Shown here: piece after piece, positions 30,798-41,452 of the stretch
Position numbering within the stretch: the first letter of the stretch is position 1
How the letters are laid out: the number at the start of each line of letters is the position of its first letter
Source: Candidatus Latescibacterota bacterium
GTDB lineage: Bacteria > Latescibacterota > UBA2968 > GCA-2709665
DNA: 64,000 nt
Direction of reading: 5' to 3'
Assembly: GCA_965219455.1 (NCBI GenBank)
Contig: OZ244744.1
Span: 3,168,001-3,232,000 of the forward strand
Translations under genes and position numbers: made by a program
Notes under the pieces: generated by a model
Seen by the model: the letters and a program-made list of their open reading frames with translations, nothing else
What the model was told of the DNA's origin: nothing
Databases searched by the model: none

Positions 30798-31931
30798 TTA
30801 CGTACCAAATTCCCGTGCGAATCGGATAAAATCGCCAAACCCGATGCGTCCGTCTCCGTCCAGGTCCAATCGAGTCTCGTAATCCACATCCCCTACCTGG
30901 GAACCGAACGCCTTTGCGAAAATCAGAAAGTCACCGAAATCAATCTGGCCGCTGCCGTCGAAATCCGCGGATCTTTCCCGGACACTAACGCTCACAAAAG
31001 GCAGCAAGCCTTCTCCGTAATTCCACCCCGTCCCCCAGGACACCGTCTTCGCCTCCGCATCCACCGAGCCCACGTGATACCACAAATCCAAACTGTTGTA
31101 CCCCTCGTGTACCTCCATTACAATACCGTTATCCAGCGCCACGTTGGGAGCCGTACCGCGATCGAATTCCATCGCCTTATCACCCCACTCGACGATCCTG
31201 CCCTCCACATCCAGAGCGCCCACGTGATACCACAGACGCCCTCCGTTGATCGACTCATGCATCTCCATGACCACGCCATCGTCCATATCCACGGAGGGCG
31301 TCTGGCCGCCATCGTATTCCTGAGCGTCGCCCCACTCAATGGACTTCGTCGTGGTATCCACGGTCCCCACACTATACCACAATCGCTCACCCTCTTCGGA
31401 CTGGTGGACTTCCACGACCATCCCGTCCGAAAGCGCTACCGATGGGAACCGACCCGCGTCGAATTTCTGAGCGTCGCCCCATACGATCGAATCGGCCGCG
31501 GTATCCACGATGCCCACGTGGTACCACAGGTTTGTGCCGACATGCGACTGGTGTACTTCCACCACCACCCGGCCGTCCAGCGCCACCACCGGGTACTGGC
31601 CCGCGTCGAACTTCCTCCCCGCGCCCCACCGGATCGCCTTTGTGTTCGCGTCGACCTTGCCAACTTTGTACCACAGATTCGTACCCTGATGAGACTGGTG
31701 AATCTCAATGACAAGCGCGCCGTCCACTGCAACGGACGGAAACTGGCCGTCGTCGTGCGCGCCCACCTCACCCCAGTCGACCGTCTCTGACTCCGCGTCG
31801 ATCACGCCGACACGGTACCGCAATTCAGTCTCCAATTCCTCCTGGTGCATCTCCACAACCACGTCGGCCGCCGGAATCGACACCCCCCGCAGGAGAACGA
31901 ACAGAAAGATCGCATTCCGGAAGAAGCGCAT
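30798..31931 (-). CDS. Secreted protein with six ~49-aa repeats (beta-propeller-like) and a C-terminal EF-hand/dockerin-like pair
   Basis: Repeat VxExH...LWYxVG...WG...PxV; DFDGSGQIDFGDF and DLDGDGRIGFGDF. Confidence 0.8.
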   Translation of the reverse strand: MRFFRNAIFLFVLLRGVSIPAADVVVEMHQEELETELRYRVGVIDAESETVDWGEVGAHDDGQFPSVAVDGALVIEIHQSHQGTNLWYKVGKVDANTKAIRWGAGRKFDAGQYPVVALDGRVVVEVHQSHVGTNLWYHVGIVDTAADSIVWGDAQKFDAGRFPSVALSDGMVVEVHQSEEGERLWYSVGTVDTTTKSIEWGDAQEYDGGQTPSVDMDDGVVMEMHESINGGRLWYHVGALDVEGRIVEWGDKAMEFDRGTAPNVALDNGIVMEVHEGYNSLDLWYHVGSVDAEAKTVSWGTGWNYGEGLLPFVSVSVRERSADFDGSGQIDFGDFLIFAKAFGSQVGDVDYETRLDLDGDGRIGFGDFIRFAREFGT

Positions 31932-32025
31932 GCCGTTCCTCCAAACTATCGTGGCGTGAATCGTCGTCGCGTGAACCGCTGCCTCATCCCATCCCGTACA
32001 CCCCGAATGGAGAGGTCCGAGGCGA

Positions 32026-32781
32026 CTATTTCAGGCAGAACCCGCCGTCTACCTTCAGAATCGTACCCGTGATGTAATCTGCTGCGTCAGAACACAGGAA
32101 CGTGGCCGCTTTTCCCAGGTCTTCAATGGTGGCCAGCCTGCCCCAGGGCAGTCCTTCGGCCGCCTCCCTGATCTGCTCGTCGGTGGCGAATTGCCGTTCG
32201 CCGGGCGTGTCGGTATATCCGGGTTCGATCACGTTCGCGCGGATCCGATGCGGCGCCAGTTCGGCCGCTATGGTCCGGCACATCTGGTTGATGCCGGCCT
32301 TGGCCGTATTGTACGGCAACGACGTCTGCATCGGGACCTCCGCCAGCACGGAACTGATGAACAGGATGCTGCCGCCTCCGCCCTGGTCCACCATCTGCCG
32401 GGCGCCGGCCTGGGCCGTATGGAAGCTGCCCCACAGACAGACCTCCCACGTCCGCCGGACAGCCTGCGTGGACAGTTCCAGAAAGGGCTCACGTTTGCTG
32501 TAGTAGGCATTGCACACAACAATATCCAGCCGTCCGAAACGGCTTACGGTTGCGTCAACCATCCGATTCACCGCCGCCCGATCCGACACGTCAGCCTGCT
32601 CGACCAGCGCTTCCCGACCCAGTGCGCGGACCTCGTTCGCGACGGTCTCCGCGTCTTCGGGATGCGAATGGTAGTTCACCACAATATCGGCTCCGGCACG
32701 GGCCATCTCCACCGCGCATCCGCGTCCGATGCCCCTGGAAGACCCGGTTATCAATGCCACCTTACCTGTCATATCAACCAT
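32026..32781 (-). CDS. SDR-family oxidoreductase
   Basis: TGSSRGIG, YNTAK, PGYTDT, VDGG. Confidence 0.93.
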   Translation of the reverse strand: MVDMTGKVALITGSSRGIGRGCAVEMARAGADIVVNYHSHPEDAETVANEVRALGREALVEQADVSDRAAVNRMVDATVSRFGRLDIVVCNAYYSKREPFLELSTQAVRRTWEVCLWGSFHTAQAGARQMVDQGGGGSILFISSVLAEVPMQTSLPYNTAKAGINQMCRTIAAELAPHRIRANVIEPGYTDTPGERQFATDEQIREAAEGLPWGRLATIEDLGKAATFLCSDAADYITGTILKVDGGFCLK

Positions 32782-32900
32782 AAGGATGCTTCCTGTTCTA
32801 TCGTGCCGGGAGTATGGGATCCGGAGGAAAGACGGCACTATCCCTCGTGTTCTGTCTCGGAAATAGATTGCCGAATGGTGAATTATTCTGGGACAGAACA

Positions 32901-35900
32901 CTAGCTCGAACGGCCGGTTGCCCCCTCGCGCGCATGTACGGATTCGGCGTAAGTGATTCCCTCGGTCCGCTTTGCCCGCTGGTCCTGTGCTTTCTGACGC
33001 CGGGTTTCCCGATGTGTTTCGCTATACCGATCCGGAATTACCAATTCGTCTCCGTGGTCCGGCGCATGGGGCGTAACCCTCCAGAATTTGGGCAGAAACC
33101 TGTCCCACCGGGTGATAATGGCGCTTGCTCGCCGGCTGTTGGTTTTTTCAAGGTGCCGTCCGATCATCTTTTTCAGCAGGCTGACGTCGCCCGGCTGGTC
33201 CACACGCCGGATGGCGACGAGTTGCGGGTTGTATCGATTCTCAAACGACCCCTCCTCGTCCAGCACATACGCGGTTCCGCCCGTCATTCCGGCGCCGAAG
33301 TTCCGTCCGGTGCTTCCCAGCACAACCACCACTCCGTCGGTCATGTACTCACACCCATGGTCTCCCACACCCTCCACCACGGCGTGACCGCCGCTGTTAC
33401 GCACGCAGAATCTCTCACCCGCACATCCCGCAGCGTAGAGCACGCCTCCGGTGGCGCCGTACATTACCGTATTGCCAACGATGGCATTCCTGTGGCTCGG
33501 AAACCCGGCGTTGCCCGGCTGCCGCACAATGAGTTCTCCACCGTGCATGCCTTTACCGACGTAGTCGTTGGCCTCACCGGTCAGGACCAGCCGCAGCCCA
33601 CGTATGCAGAAAGCCCCGAAGCTCTGACCCGCACTGCCGCGGAAGCGGCATTCGACCGTACTGTCAAGGCCGCGGTCTCCATAATGAAACGCGATCTCTC
33701 CGGCCAGCTTGGCGCCAACCGCGCGCCTCGTGTTCTGAATATCGTAACTCAGCGTAATCGAGCTGTTCTCCTTGATCGCATCCATTGCATCTTGTAGCAG
33801 CAAGTCGTCAATTGACGCATCGGGCCGGTCGTTACGCTCCCGGGTATGCAGCCTCGGCCGGGTGCCGGCCGGATCCGGATCGGCCAACAGATCGCTCAAG
33901 TCGATTCCGCGCCACCGGTGTTTCTTCGGGTCGACCCTGGCTTCCAGAATCTCTGTCCGGCCAATCAGGCTTTCCAGCGACCGATATCCCAGCCCCGCGA
34001 TGACCTCCCGGACCTCACCCGCCAGGTTGGTAAAATAGCGGATCACATTCTCCGGCGAGCCGTTGAATTTTTCCCGCAATTCCGGCTTCTGCGTGGCCAC
34101 ACCAACGGGACAGGTATTCAGGTGACACTGCCGGGCCATCACGCAACCCATGGCCACCAGGGCCGCCGTACCGAATCCGTACTCCTCGGCCCCCATTACC
34201 GCCGCGACCACCACGTCTCTGGCTGTTTTCAATCCGCCGTCCACGCGGAGCACAACTCGCCCGCGCAGGTCGTTCATCACCAGCGTCTGCTGGACCTCCG
34301 CCAAACCCAGTTCCCAGGGTCCGCCCGAATGTTTGATGGCGCCCAGGGGCGAAGCGCCGGTACCGCCGTCGTGCCCGCTGATGTGTACCACGTCCGCGTA
34401 CCCTTTGACCACGCCCGCCGCGATTGTGCCGATGCCCGCCACAGAGACCAGTTTGACGCACACTTTTGCCCGGGGGTTCACCCGTTTCAGATCGTAAATT
34501 AATTGTGCAATGTCTTCGATACTGTAAATGTCGTGATGAGGGGGCGGTGAAATCAGCGTAACGCCGGGAACGGAATGCCGGATCAGCGCGATTTCCGCGG
34601 AAACCTTGTGCCCCGGCAACTGCCCGCCCTCGCCAGGTTTGGATCCCTGCGCCATCTTGATTTCCAGTTCCTTGGCCGACGCCAGGTACTCGGGTGTGAC
34701 GCCAAACCTGCCGGAAGCCACCTGTTTGATGGCGCTGTTGGGCCAGTCCCCGTTGGGCAGCCGTCGATACCGGGCCGGATCTTCCCCGCCCTCCCCGCTA
34801 TTGCTCTTGGCGCTAATGCGATTCAACGCAATGGCCAGCGTTTCGTGCGCCTCGCGTGAAAGCGCCCCGTGCGACATCGCCGAGGATACAAAGCGCCGGC
34901 AGATGGCGCCAACCGGCTCGACTTCATCAAGCGGGACGGCGTGTCCCTCTCGAAATGCCATCAGATCCCGTAGCGAAGCCGCGGGCCGACCCTCCACCAG
35001 CCGGGAATAAGCCGTAAAATCCTCATAATTTCCGGTTTTGGCCACACTGTGGATGGCCTTGAAAACCGGGGGGTTGAAGGCATGGTACTCGCCGTCCCGC
35101 CGGAACCGATAGATGCCCGCGTCTGTCATCGCGGGAGACCCCTCGGGCTGGAACGCCAGCAGGTGTCTTTCGACCGCATCCTCGGCAATTTCCGCCAGTC
35201 CGATCCCGCCAACCTGGGATACCGTACCCGAGAAATACCGGTCCACCACGTCCGAATGCAGGCCGATGGCGTCGAAAATCTGCGCCCCGCAATAGCTGCT
35301 CAGCGTGGAAATGCCCATCTTGCAAATCACCTTCAGGATACCCGCCTCCAACGCGCGCCGGTAGTTGTGCAGCGCTTTCGCGCAGGTGATCTCGCCTTCC
35401 AGCCTGCCGGTCCGGATCAGTTCGTACAGATTTTCGTATACCAGATAAGGATTCACGGCGCTGGCGCCGTACCCGATCAGGGCGGCGATGTGATGCACTT
35501 CCCTGGGCTCGCCCGATTCCACGATCAGGCTCGCCTGCATCCGCTTCCCTTCCCGGATAAGATGATGATGTACGGCGCCCACGGCCAGCAGCATGGGGAT
35601 GGGCGCCTGGTTCGAATCCACGCCGCGGTCGCACAAGATCAACAGGGTCTTGCCGGACTCGACCGCGCGCACCGCCTGTAGACACATTCTGTCCAGCGCA
35701 CTTCGCAGGCCCTCGACGCCCTCCGATGGAACGAATAACGCGGGCAGCTTTTCGGCTTCGAACCCTGGCAACCCGGAGCCGGAAAGCCGCCGTAATTCAG
35801 AATCCAGCAGCACTGGAGAGGGGATGCGGATCAGGCGTGCGTGCGGCGCCTTCTCTGTGAAGATGTTCCTTCGGCGTCCCAGAAGTACGTCCAGCGACAT

Positions 35901-37508
35901 CACCAATTCTTCCCGCAGGGGATCGATGGGCGGATTCGTGACCTGCGCGAACCGCTGCGTAAAAAAATTGTATAGAAGCTGAGGCCGCTCGGACAACATG
36001 GCCATCGGCGTATCGTCCCCCATGGATCCCACCGGTTCCTTGCCGTCGTTCGCCATGGGTACCAGGACATACTCGGTTTCGTCGGCGGTGTATCCGAATG
36101 CAACCTGCCTCCGCGCCAGTTCCGTCCGCTCTCCAACCGGCATCGGCTCGTTCCGGGTATCCGACTGTTCGAAACAGAACAGGTTGTCCCTCACCCATCG
36201 CCGGTAGGGCCGGCGGACCGCAAAATGGGATTTGATCTCGTCGTTTTTCAACAACACGCCCCTGCGCGTATCCACCGCAATCATCTGTCCCGGCCCCAGG
36301 CGCCCCTTCTCCACGACATGGCGGTCGTCAATCTCCAGCATTCCGACTTCGGAACCCATAACGATCAGACCGCTATCCGTAATTTTGTACCGCGCCGGCC
36401 GCAACCCGTTCCGGTCCAATGTTGCGCCCACGACCGTGCCGTCGCTGAAGGCTACAGCGGCGGGACCGTCCCAGGGTTCCATCAGACAATCGTTATATTC
36501 ATAAAAACCACGCAGATCCTCCGGCATGTCCGGTATTTCCCGGTACGCCTCGGGAATCAGCATCATCATCGCGTGCATCGGATTCCGACCGGCCACGACC
36601 AGCGTTTCAAAGACATTGTCGAGCATCGCCGAATCGCTTCGGGTCGAGTCGATAATGGGCTTGATTCGATCCAGATACCGCCCCCAGGCCCTGGATTTGA
36701 GTTCCGCCTCGCGCGCCCGCATCCAGTTTACATTGCCCTGCAAGGTGTTGATTTCGCCGTTGTGGGCGAGAAATCGGAACGGCTGCGCCAGAAACCAGTC
36801 GGGCAGTGTGTTGGTGCTGTATCGCTGGTGAAAGACAGCCAGCGCGGTTTCGTAGTCGGGATTCTGAAGATCCCTGTAGAACCGGGCAAGCTGCGCGGCC
36901 ACCATCATCCCTTTGTAAACGATGGTTCGGTTGGACAGCGAGCAAATATAGCAACCCTCTATTCCGTGCCGCCGCACAGATCTCTCCACCTGCCGTCGAA
37001 CCAGGTACAGCGCCCGGTCGAACTCCGCATCGGACATCCGCTCTCCCCGGGCGATAAGTACCTGTTGAATATCGGGCATCAACTCCGCTGCCCGGTCGCC
37101 GAGGACGGTCCGGTCCACCGGCACCGTCCGCCATCCAATGAGTACAAGCCCGTAATGATCCGTTGCTTCATCGACGATGATCCGATACCGGTCGTTCGTC
37201 ACCGTGTCCTGAGACAGGAACAGCATGCCGATGGCCAGGTCCTCCGCACGGGGCGCCCTGTATCCCAGACGTTCCGCCTCCCGCACGATCAACCGCCCGG
37301 GGATCTGGGTGAGTACCCCCGCCCCGTCGCCGGTTTTCGCATCCGCGTCCATTGCGCCCCGATGGGTCAAATTGGCCAGCCCAAGCACGGCGTGGCGCAT
37401 GATTTTATCGTTACGGTTGCCTCTGATATCCGCAACAAAACCAACGCCGCATGCATCGTGCTCGAATTCCGGTCGGTACAGCCCGGTTCTGGAGGTTACT
37501 TGCATCAC
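32901..37508 (-). CDS. gltB: Glutamate synthase large subunit / ferredoxin-dependent GOGAT
   Basis: EHDACGVG, HNGEINT, FAQVTNPPID, KQVASGRFGV, CVMARQCHLNTCPVG, GXGXG repeats. Confidence 0.97.
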   Translation of the reverse strand: MMQVTSRTGLYRPEFEHDACGVGFVADIRGNRNDKIMRHAVLGLANLTHRGAMDADAKTGDGAGVLTQIPGRLIVREAERLGYRAPRAEDLAIGMLFLSQDTVTNDRYRIIVDEATDHYGLVLIGWRTVPVDRTVLGDRAAELMPDIQQVLIARGERMSDAEFDRALYLVRRQVERSVRRHGIEGCYICSLSNRTIVYKGMMVAAQLARFYRDLQNPDYETALAVFHQRYSTNTLPDWFLAQPFRFLAHNGEINTLQGNVNWMRAREAELKSRAWGRYLDRIKPIIDSTRSDSAMLDNVFETLVVAGRNPMHAMMMLIPEAYREIPDMPEDLRGFYEYNDCLMEPWDGPAAVAFSDGTVVGATLDRNGLRPARYKITDSGLIVMGSEVGMLEIDDRHVVEKGRLGPGQMIAVDTRRGVLLKNDEIKSHFAVRRPYRRWVRDNLFCFEQSDTRNEPMPVGERTELARRQVAFGYTADETEYVLVPMANDGKEPVGSMGDDTPMAMLSERPQLLYNFFTQRFAQVTNPPIDPLREELVMSLDVLLGRRRNIFTEKAPHARLIRIPSPVLLDSELRRLSGSGLPGFEAEKLPALFVPSEGVEGLRSALDRMCLQAVRAVESGKTLLILCDRGVDSNQAPIPMLLAVGAVHHHLIREGKRMQASLIVESGEPREVHHIAALIGYGASAVNPYLVYENLYELIRTGRLEGEITCAKALHNYRRALEAGILKVICKMGISTLSSYCGAQIFDAIGLHSDVVDRYFSGTVSQVGGIGLAEIAEDAVERHLLAFQPEGSPAMTDAGIYRFRRDGEYHAFNPPVFKAIHSVAKTGNYEDFTAYSRLVEGRPAASLRDLMAFREGHAVPLDEVEPVGAICRRFVSSAMSHGALSREAHETLAIALNRISAKSNSGEGGEDPARYRRLPNGDWPNSAIKQVASGRFGVTPEYLASAKELEIKMAQGSKPGEGGQLPGHKVSAEIALIRHSVPGVTLISPPPHHDIYSIEDIAQLIYDLKRVNPRAKVCVKLVSVAGIGTIAAGVVKGYADVVHISGHDGGTGASPLGAIKHSGGPWELGLAEVQQTLVMNDLRGRVVLRVDGGLKTARDVVVAAVMGAEEYGFGTAALVAMGCVMARQCHLNTCPVGVATQKPELREKFNGSPENVIRYFTNLAGEVREVIAGLGYRSLESLIGRTEILEARVDPKKHRWRGIDLSDLLADPDPAGTRPRLHTRERNDRPDASIDDLLLQDAMDAIKENSSITLSYDIQNTRRAVGAKLAGEIAFHYGDRGLDSTVECRFRGSAGQSFGAFCIRGLRLVLTGEANDYVGKGMHGGELIVRQPGNAGFPSHRNAIVGNTVMYGATGGVLYAAGCAGERFCVRNSGGHAVVEGVGDHGCEYMTDGVVVVLGSTGRNFGAGMTGGTAYVLDEEGSFENRYNPQLVAIRRVDQPGDVSLLKKMIGRHLEKTNSRRASAIITRWDRFLPKFWRVTPHAPDHGDELVIPDRYSETHRETRRQKAQDQRAKRTEGITYAESVHAREGATGRSS

Positions 37509-37607
37509 CGCCTTCGTCCTTCCGTGAGAAATGTAGAATTCGGTTTAACGATAGCTGAGTTTGAGGCCGGGCGAAATGATTGTAATGGGTCAGCCCAGGG
37601 TTCCGCT

Positions 37608-37648
37608 CCCCCTCTCCCCGCGGGAGAGGGGGCCGGGGGGAGAGGGGG
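37608..37648. repeat. CCCTCTCCC...GGGAGAGGG palindromic intergenic repeat
   Basis: ccccctctccccgcgggagaggggg followed by ccggggggagagggg. Confidence 0.55.
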
Positions 37649-37667
37649 AGCCCGCGGTTCCAAATTC

Positions 37668-37700
37668 AAAATGCCAGGATCGGTTGGATCCTGGCATTTT
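37668..37700 (-). terminator. Intrinsic terminator after the ferredoxin gene
   Basis: aaaatgccaggatc-ggttg-gatcctggcatttt. Confidence 0.7.
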
Positions 37701-37738
37701 CTTCACGTCGTTTGAACGAGCGAAGAGATCGGAACGCC

Positions 37739-38002
37739 TTACTCGAACGCTTTTGCATTAATTTCGATGTAATCCTTCCATTCTTCAGGTGTATCCTCTT
37801 CCTCAAAAATCGCCTCAACCGGACATTCGGGTTCGCAGGCCCCGCAGTCGATGCACTCATCCGGATGGATGTACAGCATTTGACGTTGCTCGTCCTCTGG
37901 CAGAGTCGTTGCTTCGGGCTCGTAGATACAGTCGACCGGGCAGACCTCGACACATGCCCTATCCATCACGTCCAAGCATGGTTCGGCGATAATGTACGTC
38001 AT
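37739..38002 (-). CDS. 7Fe (3Fe-4S/4Fe-4S) ferredoxin
   Basis: MTYIIAEPC...CVEVCPVDCI...CIDCGACEPECP. Confidence 0.93.
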   Translation of the reverse strand: MTYIIAEPCLDVMDRACVEVCPVDCIYEPEATTLPEDEQRQMLYIHPDECIDCGACEPECPVEAIFEEEDTPEEWKDYIEINAKAFE

Positions 38003-38197
38003 TCTTCTCACCCCTTTCCTTGAGTCGGCCTACACGTCCCTCATCTTGGAACATTAGAACACAGGTTCACGAGATCGAATCCATTCGATAGGGCAGATAT
38101 CGGATATTCTCGCGAAGTCCACCTCTCTGCAACGCCATTCCGCGTTAATCTCATCCGAAATATAGAACTTTCTTTCCGTTTGTCAAGCTACAAAAAG

Positions 38198-38779
38198 CTA
38201 ACAATCCCCATTGAGATGCCGCAGCAAATCAGCGACGCTTTCCCGGCCGCCTGAATTGATTTTGAGGGTGAATCGCTTTCCGGGGTTCGAATCGCGCTCG
38301 ATGGCAATGTCGGCGCCATCAAATAGTCTTTTCAGCACGTGGTTCAGGTCCGCCCTTACCGAGGCATGCGTTTCCTCTGAATTGGGGGCCAACAACCGGT
38401 CGTTCAATGCAATGAGAACTTCATCCGTCCTGAATTTCGCGCTTCCGGCCAGTATGGAATCCCGTTCGAGCTTCTCGCAGGCCGTTAGCGCCGAAACGAA
38501 AGCCTTCCGCAGCCGGTCGGCGAAGTTTCCGCTGGACGGCTGCTTGCGGTCGTACAGGAGACCCGTTTTTCCATCTGTGCGGTCGATACTATAATTCGCC
38601 GCGTGTCCGACCAGCAGCGTTACCGGGCCCCGGTGCACGTGGCTATAATCCGCCACATCCACGAGTACCTCGTCTCTGGTCTCGGGTATCCAGGTGTTGA
38701 ACACCCGGAACCAGGTTTCCGGGGCCACATCCTGACCGGTCTCGAGGTAGAATTTGATCTGAATTCTAAACGCGTTCAT
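38198..38779 (-). CDS. Hypothetical protein downstream of the nitrite/sulfite reductase
   Basis: Co-oriented ORF; DVADYSHVHRGP, NDRLLAPN. Confidence 0.75.
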   Translation of the reverse strand: MNAFRIQIKFYLETGQDVAPETWFRVFNTWIPETRDEVLVDVADYSHVHRGPVTLLVGHAANYSIDRTDGKTGLLYDRKQPSSGNFADRLRKAFVSALTACEKLERDSILAGSAKFRTDEVLIALNDRLLAPNSEETHASVRADLNHVLKRLFDGADIAIERDSNPGKRFTLKINSGGRESVADLLRHLNGDC

Positions 38780-38840
38780 AGGTCGGAAACGTAAATCAGG
38801 TAATCCTGTTCCGGTGGCAGGCCAGGCTGGTGTCGGGAGA

Positions 38841-41096
38841 CTAATTGGTGACGACGTTCATTCGCCCGTAGCAGGCATACGCGGCTTCGATAAAAAGCTG
38901 CGTTTCCTCAATGAACCGGTGCGCCAGGTCTTCACTGTAGGATTCCACGTTTCGCCTCTGGGCGAGAAAGAGATAATTGGCGAACTTGCCACGGGTGACA
39001 GGATTGTCGTGCAACAAACCCGTATCGACGATACGGGTGCGAAATTCCGACACGATCGTTTCCGGATCTTCCGGAACATCCAGGAATTGCGATTTTACCA
39101 GGGCCTTGGCGGCGTGAACCATTGCGCTGTATGCCTGTTTATAAGCCGTTTCATATTGGCCGTTATCCAACAGCACCTGGGCCTCGAAGGCCTCTCGCTC
39201 GCAACTGGAAAGTTCGAACTGGACCAGTGGCACCACCTCGCCGGCGCACTCGCCCTTCCCCATGTCTCCGGTTGTGAACACCCGGCTGTCTCCCCAATCC
39301 ATATAGTACGAGGAGTCGATCTCGTAGGGCGGCACGTCGGTGAGGTCGTCCAGCATGCGTTTCACCTGGACCTTGCCTATCCGGCGCACGTATTCCTGGA
39401 AACTTTCGTCCCTGGTTCGCCCCTGAATGTAGCTCTGGGTGATTCGCGCCACCACGTCGGGGATGCGCTTGGAAGGCACCGCCCCCATTGCCAGTCCGAA
39501 GGTCGCGGCATTGCCGGTCCACTGGCCGCCGAGGACCACCTGAAAATGCGGCACCGTGTAGCCGCTCACCTTGCGACTGATCCCATAGAATCCCAGATCC
39601 GCGACGTGATGCTGCCCGCACGAGTTGAAGCAACCGCTGATTTTGATTCGGAGCCCTTCCACGGCGGCATCCATTTCCAGGCCCTTCTCGGCCAGGCGCG
39701 TGCGCAGTTCACCGGCCAGGCCGCGGGACGACGCAATGCCCAGCTTACACGTATCCGTTCCGGGGCATGCCGTTACGTCCACAATCGTTCCGGCGCCGGG
39801 TTCATTCAATCCGATCTTGGCGAGCGCGTTGTAGAGTTCGGGAAGATCCTGCTTGCTCACCCACCGGAACACGATATTCTGTTCCACCGTGGCCCGGACC
39901 GTATCGTTCACGAAACGCCGGGATATACCGGCGAGGGCTCGCGTCTGATTGGACGTGAGGTCGCCCAGCGGCAGGGTTACCGTAACAACCGCGTAGCCGT
40001 CCTGACGCTGCTGATATACGTTGGTTCGCGCCCACGCTTCGAAGCCATCGGCAACGGCGGCGCCATTCATCGGTTGCGCAATTTTCAACGGTTTTTCGTC
40101 GAATGCGTGCAGGTCCGAAAGAAACGCCGTCCACTCGGGTTCGTCGGGCATGACCTTCCGTTCGTCCTCCACGAGGCGTTTGAACTCCTCCAGGCCCAAT
40201 TTGGCGATCAGGAATTTAAGCCGTGCGCGTGCCCGATTCCGCTTCTGGCCGAGGCGGGCGAACACGCGAGAGATCGCCTGCGACACGGGCAGAAGCTCCT
40301 CTTCGGGCAGGAATTCCTCAAACAGCCTGGCCTGGTGCGGTACGGCGCCCAACCCCCCGCCCACGTAGAACCTGAACCCGCGTTTCGTCCTTCCGTCCAC
40401 AGTCCTCGTCACCGCGATGGCGCCGATATCGTGCATATTCGCAAGCCCGCAGGCCTCGTGTTCGCATCCGGAAAAGGCGATCTTGAACTTCCGACCGAAG
40501 TCCTGCGCGTCTTTGTGCCCCAGCAGGAAATTGGAGCACGCCCGGGCATAGGGCGTCACGTCGAATGTCTCCGTCCGGCACACCCCGGAAAGGGGGCAGG
40601 CCGTCACGTTCCGCACCGTATTGCCGCAGGCTTCGCGGGTTGTGATACCCACCGACGCCAGGCGGTACATCATATCCGGCGTATCGTCGATGTGCACGTA
40701 ATGCAACTGGACGTCCTGACGCGTGGTAATGTGCAGGATCGCATCCGAATACTCCTCCGCCACGTCGGCCAGCATATCCAATTGATCCGCGGTCAGGCCC
40801 CCGAACGGAATCTTGATCCGCTGCATCCCCGGCGCATCCCACACGGTATCCGGCCCCTTCACCAGGTCCTCGCTGGGGAATTCCAGAACCTGCGTATTGC
40901 TCCCGTCGAACCGTTTGCCGTTATCGTAACGCTGCCCGTAAACCCCCCGGCGCAACCGGGTTTCGGCAAAAACGGTATCTTCGATTTTGCCCTGTTTCCG
41001 CAGCTCGATCTGCGTGGCGAATATATCCACTTCCCGGCCCAGTTCGTCGGGTATGCGATCCGCGAGAGCTTCTTTCCAGGTTGTAGATTCAGACAT
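38841..41096 (-). CDS. Ferredoxin-type siroheme nitrite/sulfite reductase with a C-terminal HEPN-like extension
   Basis: HITTRQDVQLH, TREACGNTVRNV, RKFKIAFSGC, ACPGTDTCKLG, SGCFNSCGQH. Confidence 0.92.
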   Translation of the reverse strand: MSESTTWKEALADRIPDELGREVDIFATQIELRKQGKIEDTVFAETRLRRGVYGQRYDNGKRFDGSNTQVLEFPSEDLVKGPDTVWDAPGMQRIKIPFGGLTADQLDMLADVAEEYSDAILHITTRQDVQLHYVHIDDTPDMMYRLASVGITTREACGNTVRNVTACPLSGVCRTETFDVTPYARACSNFLLGHKDAQDFGRKFKIAFSGCEHEACGLANMHDIGAIAVTRTVDGRTKRGFRFYVGGGLGAVPHQARLFEEFLPEEELLPVSQAISRVFARLGQKRNRARARLKFLIAKLGLEEFKRLVEDERKVMPDEPEWTAFLSDLHAFDEKPLKIAQPMNGAAVADGFEAWARTNVYQQRQDGYAVVTVTLPLGDLTSNQTRALAGISRRFVNDTVRATVEQNIVFRWVSKQDLPELYNALAKIGLNEPGAGTIVDVTACPGTDTCKLGIASSRGLAGELRTRLAEKGLEMDAAVEGLRIKISGCFNSCGQHHVADLGFYGISRKVSGYTVPHFQVVLGGQWTGNAATFGLAMGAVPSKRIPDVVARITQSYIQGRTRDESFQEYVRRIGKVQVKRMLDDLTDVPPYEIDSSYYMDWGDSRVFTTGDMGKGECAGEVVPLVQFELSSCEREAFEAQVLLDNGQYETAYKQAYSAMVHAAKALVKSQFLDVPEDPETIVSEFRTRIVDTGLLHDNPVTRGKFANYLFLAQRRNVESYSEDLAHRFIEETQLFIEAAYACYGRMNVVTN

Positions 41097-41352
41097 GGCA
41101 ACGCCTCCTGGTTCCGGATGACAAAGGCGACGGCATCAATCAGGCGGGTAATCTATTGAACTCACCCTGTGAAGTCAACGAAATAATCAGGAAACCAAGG
41201 CCGTCCCGATAGAACGATAATGCTTATTTTGCCCTTCATGGTTCAAGTTTCCTTCAGTGGTTTTTGCGAGGCGAGTCCAATTGTTGAGTATTATGATCAA
41301 GATAATATTAAATAGGATTGCTAAATATACGGTGAGAGGAAGCGCTGTCAAT

Positions 41353-41379
41353 AAAAAGAGAGAGACAAACGTCTCTCTC
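41353..41379 (-). terminator. Intrinsic terminator after moaA
   Basis: gagagagac-aaac-gtctctctc with a T-run on the minus strand. Confidence 0.6.
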
Positions 41380-41452
41380 CGCCTCAGACATCAAACTCCG
41401 CTGATCGCGGTTTGACAGACCGGCACACGCACATAGCGTTCAGACGTGTCCG

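Noticed and set aside
38814-41159. 781-aa + strand ORF (likewise 2913-4724, 36225-37715, 57348-58502)
   Set aside because: Antisense shadows of well-supported genes in GC-rich DNA, with no motifs.
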